From Azolla caroliniana (taxonomy: Eukaryota; Plantae; Polypodiophyta): a stretch of 64,000 bases of DNA. Made by a program: the position numbers and the translations under genes. Shown here piece after piece: positions 25,526 through 37,361 of this stretch (its first letter is position 1; each line of letters starts with the position of its first letter). The notes under the pieces are model-generated. The model did no database searches and was not told where the DNA came from. It saw nothing but the letters and a program-made list of their open reading frames with translations. The stretch is from assembly GCA_043228905.1 (NCBI GenBank), contig JBHGNT010000009.1, positions 12,338,001 through 12,402,000 on the forward strand, in the 5' to 3' direction.

Positions 25526-28500
25526 TGTTGAGAGACAAGCTCAACATCGGCCGGATCGGCTGAAGAAGCCGAGGACCGGATCGGTTGGGACCGATCGGTT
25601 AGGCCGAGTGCATAAACCGGGAGGTCGTTAGGAAAGATATTCCGTGAGGAATATATTTGGGAGTTAGTGTAGGAGCTCTTAATGAGCATTGAAGTACTGT
25701 CAGTACTTCGGTCAGTCCTTCTAGGACTTGTATAAAAGTGTTCATTGAACTAGGAAAGATATTCCGTGAGGAATATATTTGGGAGTTAGTGTAGGAGCTC
25801 TTAATGAGCATTGAAGTATTGTCAGTACTTCGGTCAGTCCTTCTAGGACTTGTATAAAAGTGTTCATTGAACACACATATGTATAGAGTGTGGTGAATAG
25901 AGATTGGGTTGTTGTTGAATATAGTTTGTCTGCTTTCTCTCTCTCTCTCTATCTCTATCTCTCCCACGTATACTGTGTAAGCTCTAGCTCTCCATTAAAC
26001 CTGGGTTTCCTTCCTTTTGTTCGGTCTTAATACTTGCTTCCGCACGCTACTTTCTACATGGTATCAGAGCGCGAGGGTTGAGAACCTCTCTACAGACGAC
26101 ACAGCTTGACGAAGAAGAACAAGAAGAACGATGGATAGAGGCATGGCGAACTCGCTTCCAACAGAGCAGCTCGACAGAACCAACTACGCGTCTTGGTCTT
26201 ACAAGATGCACCAGTACCTGCTCGGGCACGGCTACTGGAGTTATGTCGAAGGAGCTAATGACGCGGCACCCGAATCGACACACAGAGACTTCCCATCGTG
26301 GGAGCAATCAGCGAGCAGGGTATTGTACTGCTTCGTGTCATGTGTGGGCGAACAACTATTGAGCTATGTTCGGGATGCAAAGACGTTGAAGGGTGCATGG
26401 GAAAATCTGAAGAAGATTTTCGCTGCAAGCACCATAGCCAGGAAGCTTCAGCTCCGATAGGAGTTGAGCAACCTACGACAACGCGACTTGTCGGTGGCGG
26501 ACTATACCTCGAAGATCAAGGATATCTGCGACTCCCTCGCCTCCATAGAGGTGAACATCGAGGAGAGCGAGATGGTCCAGATCTGTCTCAGAGGTTTGGC
26601 GTCGAAGTTCGGAGCATTCTGAACGGCTGTGTGTACCCGGGAGAATACGCCGTCCTTTTTTGACTTACAGTCAATGCTCCTGGTAGAGGAGAACCACACG
26701 GGTGCGTCTACAAGCACGCACACCGACAACAGAATGTTGTACACAGAGGGAGATAGGCCCCGTGGACGTGGAGGACGAGGCGAGTCGGCGCGCAATGGAG
26801 GCGGCCGATGAGATCAAGGAAGAAGGCACCGAAGTGATGCCGACAGCAACTCCGGACCCTTCGGAAACAGAGGGAGTCTAAGCGATGAGAACCGGCAAGG
26901 GAAGGCCATCGCGGAGTGCCGGTACTGTGGCAAGAAAGGCCACAGGGAAAGTGAGTGCTGGAAGAAGCGCGCCGATTCGGAGAGAACCGGTTACGGAAAC
27001 GGCTCCGGACATACCGACAAGGGAAATCGGCAGCGATCGCACTACGCCGAAGACTCCGGGAGAGCCGGAGAAGGGTCTGCTTTCATGACGAGACACAAAG
27101 CAAACTCAATGAAATGGACCACCCCGAGATCGGACGAGGTGTGGTACGTAGACTCCGGCGCGTCAAACCACATGACGAGCCATAAGGAGTGGTTCTCGTA
27201 CCTCGAAAAACCGATACAACCTGGAGTAGTCGCAACTGGAGACGACACTTCGCATCCGATCGCGAATGTCGAAGAAGTTCCCCTTAGCCATGTCGGGCAG
27301 AAAGGGAAACTCATGAACGTGTTGCACGTTTCGACAATCACGAAGAACTTGGTCTCGGTCGGACAGATCGTCGACCAAGGGATGGAGGTTCGGTTTACAC
27401 ACCTCGGGTGCTTCATTGAGGAAGAAGGCCGTGTGATTGCGCAAGGGCGCAGAGACGGGAGGATGTTTATCCTCGACTCCATTGACGGCGGCACCGCAAT
27501 GTTTGCGAAGGGACAAAAATCCGAGTCGGACATCGACTTGTGGCACAAGCGGATAGGCCACGTCAACCACCAGCGGCTTCAAGATCTGCAATCGAAACAG
27601 GTAGTGTTCGGATTGCCCAAATTTAGTGGCCGAAAGGCACAAATTTGTGAAGCCTGCCAGCTCGGGAAGCAACACCGACTTCCTTTCCCCAAAGAGCAAA
27701 ACCGGAGCCGGAACAAGCTCGACCTTATACACTCCGATGTATGGGGGCCGGCACAAAACGTTAGTCTTGGCGGGAGCCGATATTTCGACTCCTTCATCGA
27801 CGACCACACGCGGCACACATGGATCTACCTCATTGAGAGGAAGAGCGAAGTCTTCGACTGTTTCCGGGACCTCAAAGGGTTCGTGGAAACAGAAACGGGA
27901 CGAAAGATCAAGTGCCTGCGGTCGGATGGTGGGAAAGAGTACTTTTCCGGTGAATTCAACGGTTAGCTACAACAAATGGGAATTCGCCGCGAATTCAGTT
28001 GTAGATACACGCCGGAGCAGAACGGCATGGCCGAGAGGAAGAATCGGTCAGTTGTGGAAGCGGCACGGGCAATGCTGGAGGAGAAGAGCTTGCCCAAGTT
28101 GTACTGGGCCGAGGCGGTAAGGACCGCAGTATACATCCAGAACCGGATCGGAGACAAAGTGTCGGCGCACGAGCTATATTTCAGAACGAAGCCGAACTTG
28201 CGACATTTGAGGGTGTTCGGTAGCATTGCGTATGTGCATATACCGAAGGAGAAAAGGAGGAAGCTGGACGCAAAGGCCGAGAAATGCATCTTGGTCGGTT
28301 ACTCGGACGAGCAGAAGGGTTATAAGTGCTATAACCCTCGTACCAAATAAGCGCGTGTCAGCCGTGACGTTGTGTTTGACGAGTCCGCGTCCTGGTACCT
28401 GCCCCCGACTCCGAACCCTGCCCCCAATCCGAGTTGTGACGATGAGGTCAGCGAGGCCGAGATGCCTCCGGATGAGCCCGAAATCGAGACCCGCGAAGAG

Positions 28501-31362
28501 AGTCCGATTTCACTCCGCTTAAGTGGACCGATTGGACGACTGAGTCGGTACGATCAGTCCGATGAAGAGCCGGCGAGTAGTGGAGACTCGGTCGTGCATT
28601 CCCCGCACAGGAAGCCGAGGAGACGGCTTACGCGCAAAGAGAAAGGAAAGAAGAAGGTGTCGGATTCCGGCACGGATAGCAACGAGTCAAACCGACGCGA
28701 GTCCGACTCCGAGGGAACTGGTGACGGGTCTTTAAAAGTGAAGTCCGCGTCGACTGAGAAGGCCTCGACATCGGCTAATACGAGATTATGCCGATCTACC
28801 CGCTAGAAGAATCCTGTTTTGCAGTTCGGATACAACAAGTACATGGCGCATCATTATGCGTACATGACCCGTGTAGCGGAAGTGCGTGAGCCAGAGAGCT
28901 ACGCAGAAGTGGCTAAAGACGTGAATTGGCATGCCGCGATGGAGGAAGAGATGCACGCATTGGCAGAGAACGAGACCTGGGACCTGGTTGACGCACCAAC
29001 GGGGGTAAAACCAATCGAGTGTAGGTGGGTGTACAAGGTCAAGTACAACACCGATGGCTCGGTCAACCGGTACAAGGCTCGGCTAGTGGCAAAGGGCTAC
29101 GTGCAGAAACACGGCATCGACTACGATGAGACATTTGCGCCGGTCGCGAAAATGACGACCATCCGTGTTTTGCTCGCAGTAGCTGCGGCCAAGGGGTGGC
29201 ACCTACATCGAATGGATGTAAAGAATGCGTTCCTGCAAGGTGACCTTGAGGAACAGGTGTACATGGTACATCCCCCCGGATTTCACTCTGGAACGAACTC
29301 CTCGGTAGTATGCCGACTGAAGAAGTCCCTTTACGGACTGAAGCAAGCCCCGCGTGCCTGGAACGCGAAGATCACGCAACAACTGCGTCGGATGGGCTTT
29401 GTCACGTCAAAATCGAACTCTTCCCTGTTCATCCGGAAAGGTCGACTCGGACCGGTTAGTATTTTACTATATTTTGATGACTTGGTCATCACCGACGTCG
29501 ACCTAGGTGAAATCGACCGCGTGAAACTCTAGCTTGCGGCATCGTTCGACATGAAGGATCTGGGGGACCTTCATTACTTCCTCGGGATCGAAGTGATCCA
29601 TACCCCTGAAGGCATATTGATCAGCCAACGTCATTACGTGCTGGGTATGCTCTTCAAACTCGGGATGGCCGACTGTAAGTCCGTCTCGACTCCTCTGGAC
29701 AGAACCGTCAAGCTTTGTCCCGATACGGGAAAGGTATGCGACCCGACGAGGTTCCGACAAATTTTCGGAAGCCTCATATACTTGACCATCACTCGACTTG
29801 ACCTCAGTTATCCGGTCGGGCTGAATAGTCAGTTCATGGCGCGACCTACCGAGGAGCACCTTCAGTGTGCGCAACACGTACTGCGGTACGTAAGCGGCAC
29901 TAAGGACCGCGGACTGCTATATCGGACCGGTGTAGCCGAGCAGTTAGTCGGCTATACCGATGCTGATTGGGCTGGCAATGTTGCCGATCGCCGATCCACG
30001 TCTGGATACGCGTTCTCCCTCGGGAATGCTGCAATCGCGTGGAGCAGTAAGAAGCAGCCGATAGTTGCACTGTCGAGTACCGAAGCTGAGTACCGAGGAG
30101 CGGCTGCCGCGACATGCGAAGCCATATGGTTGAAGCGACTACTTAAGGACCTGCAAGAGGAGGTGTCAGATCCGACGACGATCTACTACGACAACCTCAG
30201 CAGCATCCAGCTCGCGAAGAACCCCGTTTTCCACGCACGGACCAAGCACATTGAGGTGCACTACCATTTTGTCCGTGAGCGTGTCCTTTCCGGTGAAGTC
30301 GAACTTTAGTACGTTCCGACGGATCAGCAAACTGCCGACATCTTCACCAAGCCTCTTGGTCTGGACAAGTTGCGGCAATTCTCGGGTGCGCTCGGATTGC
30401 GTCACCTCGACGTGCCGAACTTGAGGGGGAGAACAGTCCCGAACGACCAAGCAAGGCAACAGGAAAGGAGCGGAGACCGGGACACTGAGTCAGTTAACGA
30501 GTTCGACTTCGGATCGGCTGAAGAAGCCGAGGGCGGACCCGCGGAAAAGTCCGGAAGCGGACAAAAGGGGAGCAGCCGAAGGAGAGAGCCGAAGCCAACC
30601 ACACATGGGGAAGATGACGCCACCAAGGGCGAGAAGACCGAAGACGAGTTGGAGACAGCCAACTCGGACGAGAGAGAAAACCGATCGGAGGTAGTCGAGT
30701 CGGTTCGGATGTTTGATTCAGATATGCTGAATCAACCGAGGCCCAAGCAGAAGAAAAGGCAGCAGGAGAAGCGTCAACACCGCAACAGCAGAAGAGCTGA
30801 TAAGGGCCGCATGAGCAGACAAGCCGACCGGAAGGGTCGAAGTGCGCGGAGTCGAACAGGTCGAGGAACGTGAGCGAGGCGTGAAGCCAGGAGGAACTGG
30901 AGTTGTGAGCCCGAGGATCCCGAAGAGCCTCGAGTTGAGCTTGAGGGGGAGTGTTGAGAGACAAGCTCAACATCGGCCGGATCGGCTGAAGAAGCTGAGG
31001 ACCGGATCGGTTGGGACCGATCGGTTAGGCCGAGTGCATAAACCGGGAGGTCGTTAGGAAAGATATTCCGTGAGGAATATATTTGGGAGTTAGTGTAGGA
31101 GCTCTTAATGAGCATTGAAGTACTGTCAGTACTTCGGTCAGTCCTTCTAGGACTTGTATAAAAGTGCTCATTGAACACACATATGTATAGAGTGTGGTGA
31201 ATAGAGATTGGGTTGTTGTTGAATATAGTTTGTCTGCTTTCTCTCTCTCTCTCTATCTCTATCTCTCCCACGTATACTGTGTAAGCTCTAGCTCTCCATT
31301 AAACCTGAGTTTCCTTCCTTCTGTTCGGTCTTAATACTTGCTTCCGCACGCTACTTTCTACA
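25526..31362 (+). mobile_element. Ale-like Copia copy A2, full length with premature stops
   Basis: 5' LTR 25526-26058, 3' LTR 30952-31362, TSD CATGT (25521-25525 and 31363-31367), PBS TGGTATCAGAGC 26059-26070, PPT 30942-30951. Confidence 0.96.
26131..30873 (+). pseudogene. A2 gag-pol polyprotein, single frame broken by in-frame stops
   Basis: ORF pieces 26131-26460, 27085-27966, 27976-28350, 28372-28806, 28819-29532, 29551-30309 and 30370-30873 are all in one frame. Stops are TGA/TAG/TAA at CGA/CAG/CAA-like positions. RT motif reads YFDD. Confidence 0.92.
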
Positions 31363-32340
31363 CATGTACATATGTGTATATATGTAATATGTAATTTGTA
31401 TGTACGTTTGTATGTGTATGCATACATGTGTGTGTGTTTGTAATATGTATGTATGTGTATATATATATTATGTATGTATTGTAGTTTGTATGACCCCATG
31501 TGACCTATATATGTGGTGATATGTGGAATATGTAGTATGTATGTAATGTATATATGTGTGTATGTGTATATGTGTATGGATGTATGTTTGTAAAATGTAT
31601 ACGTGTATCATTGTAGGCATATGTACATATATACATGTAGCAATGTATGAATGAATATATGTGTGTCCATGTACAAATGTACGTATGTGTATATATGTAT
31701 GTATATTTTCAAGGTATTTTAGTGTCTAGTATGTGTATGGGTCATATCTAGATGTATGTTAGCAATATGCACATAATAGGTATGCATATATCCAATGTAA
31801 GCGTATACATGTGTATGTATATATGTAAGGAATGTAGTTTGTATGACCCCGTGTGACCTATATATATGGTGATATATGGAATATATGTGTACATGTAACA
31901 TATGTAATGTATGTATATATGTTTATGCATATATGCATATGTCAATGTACATGATTCAATATGTATGGATGTGTGCTTGTAATATGTATGTATATATCTA
32001 ATGTATGGATGTGTATGTATATATGTACTATTGTAGTGTGTATGACTATGTGTGTGTGTATGTGGTGATATATATGTACATTTGTATGGAATGCATGTAT
32101 GTGTATGCATGCATGTAATATATGTATGTGTATACATGCATATAATGTATGTATGTGTATGCTTGCATGTAATGTATGTATGTATGTGTGTTTATAAAAT
32201 TTATATGTGTGACATTGTAGGCATATGTACGTATATACGTGTGCCAATGTAAAAATGAATATATGAATGTATGTATGTGTATATATGTAATGTATTTATG
32301 TATCTATATTTTTGGTGTATTTTAATGTTTAGTATCTGTA
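31363..32340. repeat. Degenerate (TA/TG/CA)n simple-sequence tract, right part
   Basis: Same composition as 25015-25525, with an internal repeated block gtagtttgtatgacccc…gtgacctatat at ~31480 and ~31833. Confidence 0.9.
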
Positions 32341-32344
32341 TAGC

Positions 32345-34104
32345 TCGTATAACGGCGAAAGCTAAAAGGGCTACGGAGCTGGCCGAATTAGAAATTGACT
32401 GCCTTAGATCAGAACTCCGCTAGTCTTCAGACAGAGAGGTGGATATCCGAGCAAAAGGACGCAAGGCGGTCAAGACGATTTAGGACAAGCTCGACGCCGG
32501 AATAGCAGCACATGGCCGAACAAAGGAAGAGAGGGCCAAGCTTTACGAAGAAGGAAACAAGAAGGAAACCACCATTACGGTGTTACGCGAAGCGGCCCAG
32601 AAAAAGCGAGAGTGGTATGACGAACAGATCGAGAACGAGCACCAACTCCGCCATCATGTCGAAATTCGCCTCAACAACGAGATGGGCCGACTAGAGGAGC
32701 TCCATGACAAGGAGTTGAAAATATGGGCCCAAATGAAGAGACATTATGAAGAAGCAGCGGTGGCCAACAGTAGGAAAATTGAGAACCTCAAGAAGGCTCT
32801 GGAGGACTTACAGACCCGCATGAACTGGAGCACCGACCGTATATGCACCCTCTTGCAAACAAAACACGAACGGTTTACGGCCCAATTACAAGTAGCATTA
32901 GACAAAGGATGGGCTAGATGGGTGGTGCAGGCAACGGAACTCCACGCATACAGAGCGGATTGGGAAAATCGGCGCAAGGGAAAGGTTTTGACAAACTAAG
33001 CAAAGAAAACGTCGCTACGGTGCGTGAAGACCTTACACAGGATTACCAGACTTTGGCCGACCGTCACATCGAAGAAATGACACAGTTATTAGAAGACTTC
33101 GGTGAAAGTCAAGAAGAAGCATTCTGCCAGTTGTGCGACATCGGAAGCGAACATCAAAGGGCAAAAGAGATGAAGAAATCGGAGGCCATCACCTTGCAGG
33201 ATAGAGACTCCGTGGAGCAGGACAAGAGCCCAACTGAACAAACAAGCACTCCGAAGGTGACAACGACGATCGTATGCAACGAAATAGTCCCCGCCGTAGT
33301 AGGCACTACGGAAAAAGTGGTCCAAGAAGAACCACGGCCAGACACATGCCCACTGCAACCGTCGGAGGTGCAAAGCGACCTTGACCATACATCCACATGC
33401 ACGGACCATGAGATACAGTGGGAGCTGCCCACAGAGACATTACGGGAGGAAAACGCCAATCGAGCCACAAATGGACGAGCCCAGCCACGTTACAGCGCCA
33501 CCGGTTACGACAAGCAACGACGAACGCCCGGAGCCAAATATCCTCGATATTTTGGACGAAGAGTAAAGAGAGGATGGGTCCAATGTTCCACGACATTGTC
33601 CCACAGGCGTGCCAGGTGTTGTCTGCCGGAAGCGGACTAGTGAGAAAAAGGGTGAAGAAAAGAACAAGAAGCGTATTATTACAGTAGGAGCGTTAAAAGA
33701 ACGCATGTAACGGATCATGTAGGAATCGTAACCGATTATGCCCTGTGTATATAAAGGGCATAGGAACATTGTATAAGCTAGCGCAGTTTTGGAGCATACA
33801 TTCTCTAATATAGTACTGTCTTCTCTGATCTCTATCTTGAGTCTCCCTTGTCTCTGTCTCTGTGTCGATACATAGCGTAATTGTCTGAAGGTTAGTAGTG
33901 CGTCTGTGTTCTTCTACGCACGGTAGGAAGGAGCTCAATTGTAGCCGTCTCCAGTACACGATCAGCCTTCACGTATAGTGAGTGACGCTTTATCCTTATA
34001 ATATGATGTAGCTTCGCATAGTACACGAATACATTCTCTGTACCACAATCTCCTTGAACCTACCCCGAAGGACTGAGGGTAGGCTGTGTTCCTAACCGGT
34101 AACA
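32345..34104 (+). mobile_element. 3' fragment of a second Athila/Tat-like Gypsy (Gypsy-2): ORF3 C-terminus plus 3' LTR
   Basis: Coiled-coil ORF pieces 32580-32999 and onward align with Gypsy-1 ORF3 (ENRRK, VREDLTQDYQTLAD, ILDILDEE*). LTR 33617-34104 (TGTT…AACA), followed directly by Copia RT sequence. Left boundary approximate. Confidence 0.82.
33598..33614 (-). other. Inverted tRNA-Arg-like primer-binding site before the Gypsy-2 3' LTR
   Basis: Plus strand GTCCCACAGGCGTGCCA + GG + LTR. 16/17 identical to 9174-9190. Confidence 0.75.
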
Positions 34105-35670
34105 AAGCTCCCTGACAATGGTACCGAAAGTTCGAATTCTTCATGGTGGATCACGGTTTTAACAAGACACAAGCCGATCATTGTGTCTCTGTCAAGAAAT
34201 ATGATGGAGGACACTTTCTCATCCTCATGCTGTATGTTGATGACATGCTAATTATTGAACAGGACCTGAAGAAAATCGGAAGCTTGAAAATTGCTTTGAA
34301 CAAATCTTTTGCTATGAAAGATATGGATCCGGCAAAGAATATTTTGGGTATGCACATTGTCCGGGACTGGACAAAGAAGTTTTTGTGTTTGTCACAAGAA
34401 AAATATGTGATGAAGGTGATCGATAGATTCAACATGCAGGATGCGAAGTCGGTCGGCTCGACACTACTGACAAACTGTAAGTTGAGCGGAAACTAATGTC
34501 TGAAGATGAAAGTGGAGAAAGCTGAGATGAAGAAAATCCCATATGCCTCAATGGCCGGAAGCCTAATGTATGCAATGGTTTACACAAGGCCGGACATTGC
34601 CTATGTTGTCAGACTAGTCAAACAGTTTATGAGCAATCCTAGAAGAGAGCATTGGGTTGCAATGAAGTGGATACTTCGATACCTGAGAGGCACCTTGACC
34701 GTGTGTCTCTGATTCGGCTCAGGTAACCCCATACTAGAAGGTTTCACTAACTTAGACATGTCGGTTGATGTGGATACCAGTCGATCCACGTCTAGGTATA
34801 TTATGACATATGTAGGGGCAGTTCTCTCGTGGCAATCAAGGTTGTAGAAGGCTGTGGCGTTGTCAACCACGAAAGTGGAGTATATGGCTGCAGCGGAAGC
34901 CGGCAAGGAAATAACTTCGATGAAGGAGTTTATTGGAGAGCTGGGAATTTGGGAAGAAGAATTCCAACTCTACTACGACAACCAAAGGGCCATCCACCTT
35001 GCGAAGAATGTCATTTACCACTCGAGGACCAAGCATATCCAAAGGATATACCATTGGTTTTGGGAAAGGGTAGAAGAAAAGGAGTTTACTCTAGTGAAGA
35101 TCCACACAACTGAAAACAGATATGACATGCTGACGAAGGTGCTGTCAATAGAGAATTTGGACGCGTGCCGAAAACAGATCGGATTGACAAAGCACCCCAT
35201 GCCAGAGTGAAGGTGGAGTTTGTTGGGAAATAGGTGCCTACGGATGGGAAGGAAAGCATGAACCGAAGAGAAGAGTAAGCTAAGTCTATCGACAGTAACT
35301 CGGCCGAGGCCAAAAAATCGATCGATTCCCAATTCAGTCAAGGCCGAAAGCCGAACAATAATTGATTTGGAAAATAGCCGAATCGGTTGAAGTCGACTTG
35401 GTGCTACATTTGTAAATAGCCCATATTGTATATGAGTATAAATATAGTTAGGGAAAGTCATGATGATTATTGTTGTTGTGAAAGATATACTTGGTAGTTG
35501 CCTCTGTAACTTGTGTGTAAGAGAGAGTGTGAGATTGCTAGAAGTACCTCTATTGTAACCGTCAATTAGACGAAGACAAGCTCGAGGTTGTTGCCTGCAA
35601 GTCTCCTTGTATCCTCTCACATATAGTGTAACAGTTTGGAGTTAATCGGCTTTCGTGGTTTTTCCCTTTC
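34105..35670 (+). mobile_element. Tork-like Copia 3' fragment (RT-RNase H, PPT, truncated 3' LTR)
   Basis: LYVDDMLII, GSLMYAMV, HSRTKHIQR…KHPMPE* at 35210. PPT-like GAAGGTGGAG. LTR starts TGTTGG at 35221. Confidence 0.88.
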
Positions 35671-35674
35671 AGGA

Positions 35675-35790
35675 CAAACACATAAGGGATGTTAGATTTA
35701 AGAATGTGCTCTTTCTCCAATATGACATAATGCACAAATTGATCCAACCATTTAATTTTGAACTCTCGAATTCCTTTACATCCCAAATAT
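35675..35790 (-). pseudogene. Short chromodomain remnant of a chromovirus
   Basis: Translation KGIREFKIKWLDQ…LEKEHILKSNIP resembles KEIREFKIKWMDK…WERENTLRTNFP at 37860-37960. Confidence 0.6.
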
Positions 35791-37361
35791 TAATTAATTA
35801 TAAGGTTTAATTAATTATAATGCTAATTAATCAATATATTAAAACCTAGAAATAAGTGCATGTCCATGTTGTTTCCACACATTTACTTGAACCAAATATT
35901 TTTCTCCGAACAATTGTCAAACATATGGTTCTTTAGTACATTACTTGTTTCATACAAATAGCTCAAAAATGAAACATTTGGTCACTTGGTATAGGTTTTG
36001 GGATTCCGAACTGACTGAGTGATAACACATAAAATGTATCTAGCAAATGCAAGGATGCAATTATGCAAATGTCCAATTAATTACTTGTTTAATCTACATT
36101 GATTCCTCCACAGAAAGGCTTGATTTTCATGTTTTCAAATTGAGATTGATTGATTTCATTCTATCTTATCCCTTGTTTTGTGAAGTCAGTTTTTGTTTTA
36201 AAGAAAAAAATTGTTACAAATTCGTTAAATGCTTAAACACTTAAGTATCAAGGACAACATTGAGGATTCAAGCATCACCTATCAGGGCCGTAGCCAATGA
36301 CAAGTTTAAAGTGAAGAAGAGAATGAGAAGAGGAAAATAAGAGAGTAATGAGAGAGAAATAAGAAGAAATTTATAATATATTAACAATGAGAATGAAGGG
36401 TTACAAGAATGTGTCGAAGACTAGTGTTGAACCGGAATGGTTCATCAATACTCAGATACATGTTTATATAGCATGGTTTGGACACATGCATGCTCACCAC
36501 CTCATAGGCACACACGGTCAACACTTGGCATTCATGCAACCATGACACTTCACGATCATGTGTTAGCCTATGTGGAGTGGCGACATTTCATAATGTGGCA
36601 TATGTATTCTATAGATTCTATATATAGAATAAATATGATATAATAGAAGTTATATATATAAATATAATATAATGTATCCTAGTGGTTAACACGTTCGCAT
36701 TCACAAGTGGAAAGATCACGCATTCCACTTATAGATTCCTTTTATAATCTTGCGATTTTAGGCTAGAAACTTGATACACCAGTATCACATGTTTTAAATA
36801 ACAGATAAAATTTGCTGATTTTTTGAGATTAACAAGTGTTAGAATGATGATTTCTAAAATTCAATAGTTTTTCAATAAATGTTTAAACGTTGATGGTCTG
36901 CAGATATGAAATGTAGTTAACTTAAAGAAAATCACAATGGTTAACTCAAGGCACAAGTTAAGATTAATGGTTTCACCATCTTGAGGAGATGTAGGTTCCA
37001 AAAGTGGAAGTGATATCTATTGTTAGTGAAAATGTTTTAGGTATAAGAGGTAACACCATAATCCTTAGTGTTATCATCTATAAATTTAGTGCTCATCAAC
37101 ATCCATAAATTCACAACTCAAGAAATGTAGACAATATTCATAAACTATCAAACTTAGACGTGAACATTAATATATCCATTTAAACATATCACATAGTTAT
37201 CAGGGTATCCACACTGCTCTCCTCTTCTTCCTTTTGATAGCTCCCCTGCAAAATTTGTGCAATAATATCTACTCCACATGGGCTAGCAATGATAGGGTCC
37301 TCAAATAGCTCGTCAACAAAATCAATAAGCTCCCTAGGTTCACCAGCTAATAGAGGAATAG

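Noticed and set aside
24779-25689. Cys/Tyr/Val/His-rich ORFs (also at 23594-23785 and 31299-32252)
   Set aside because: Translations of TA/TG/CA simple repeats.
35790-37361. AT-rich spacer with short ORFs
   Set aside because: No recognisable protein motifs, termini or TSDs that I could support.
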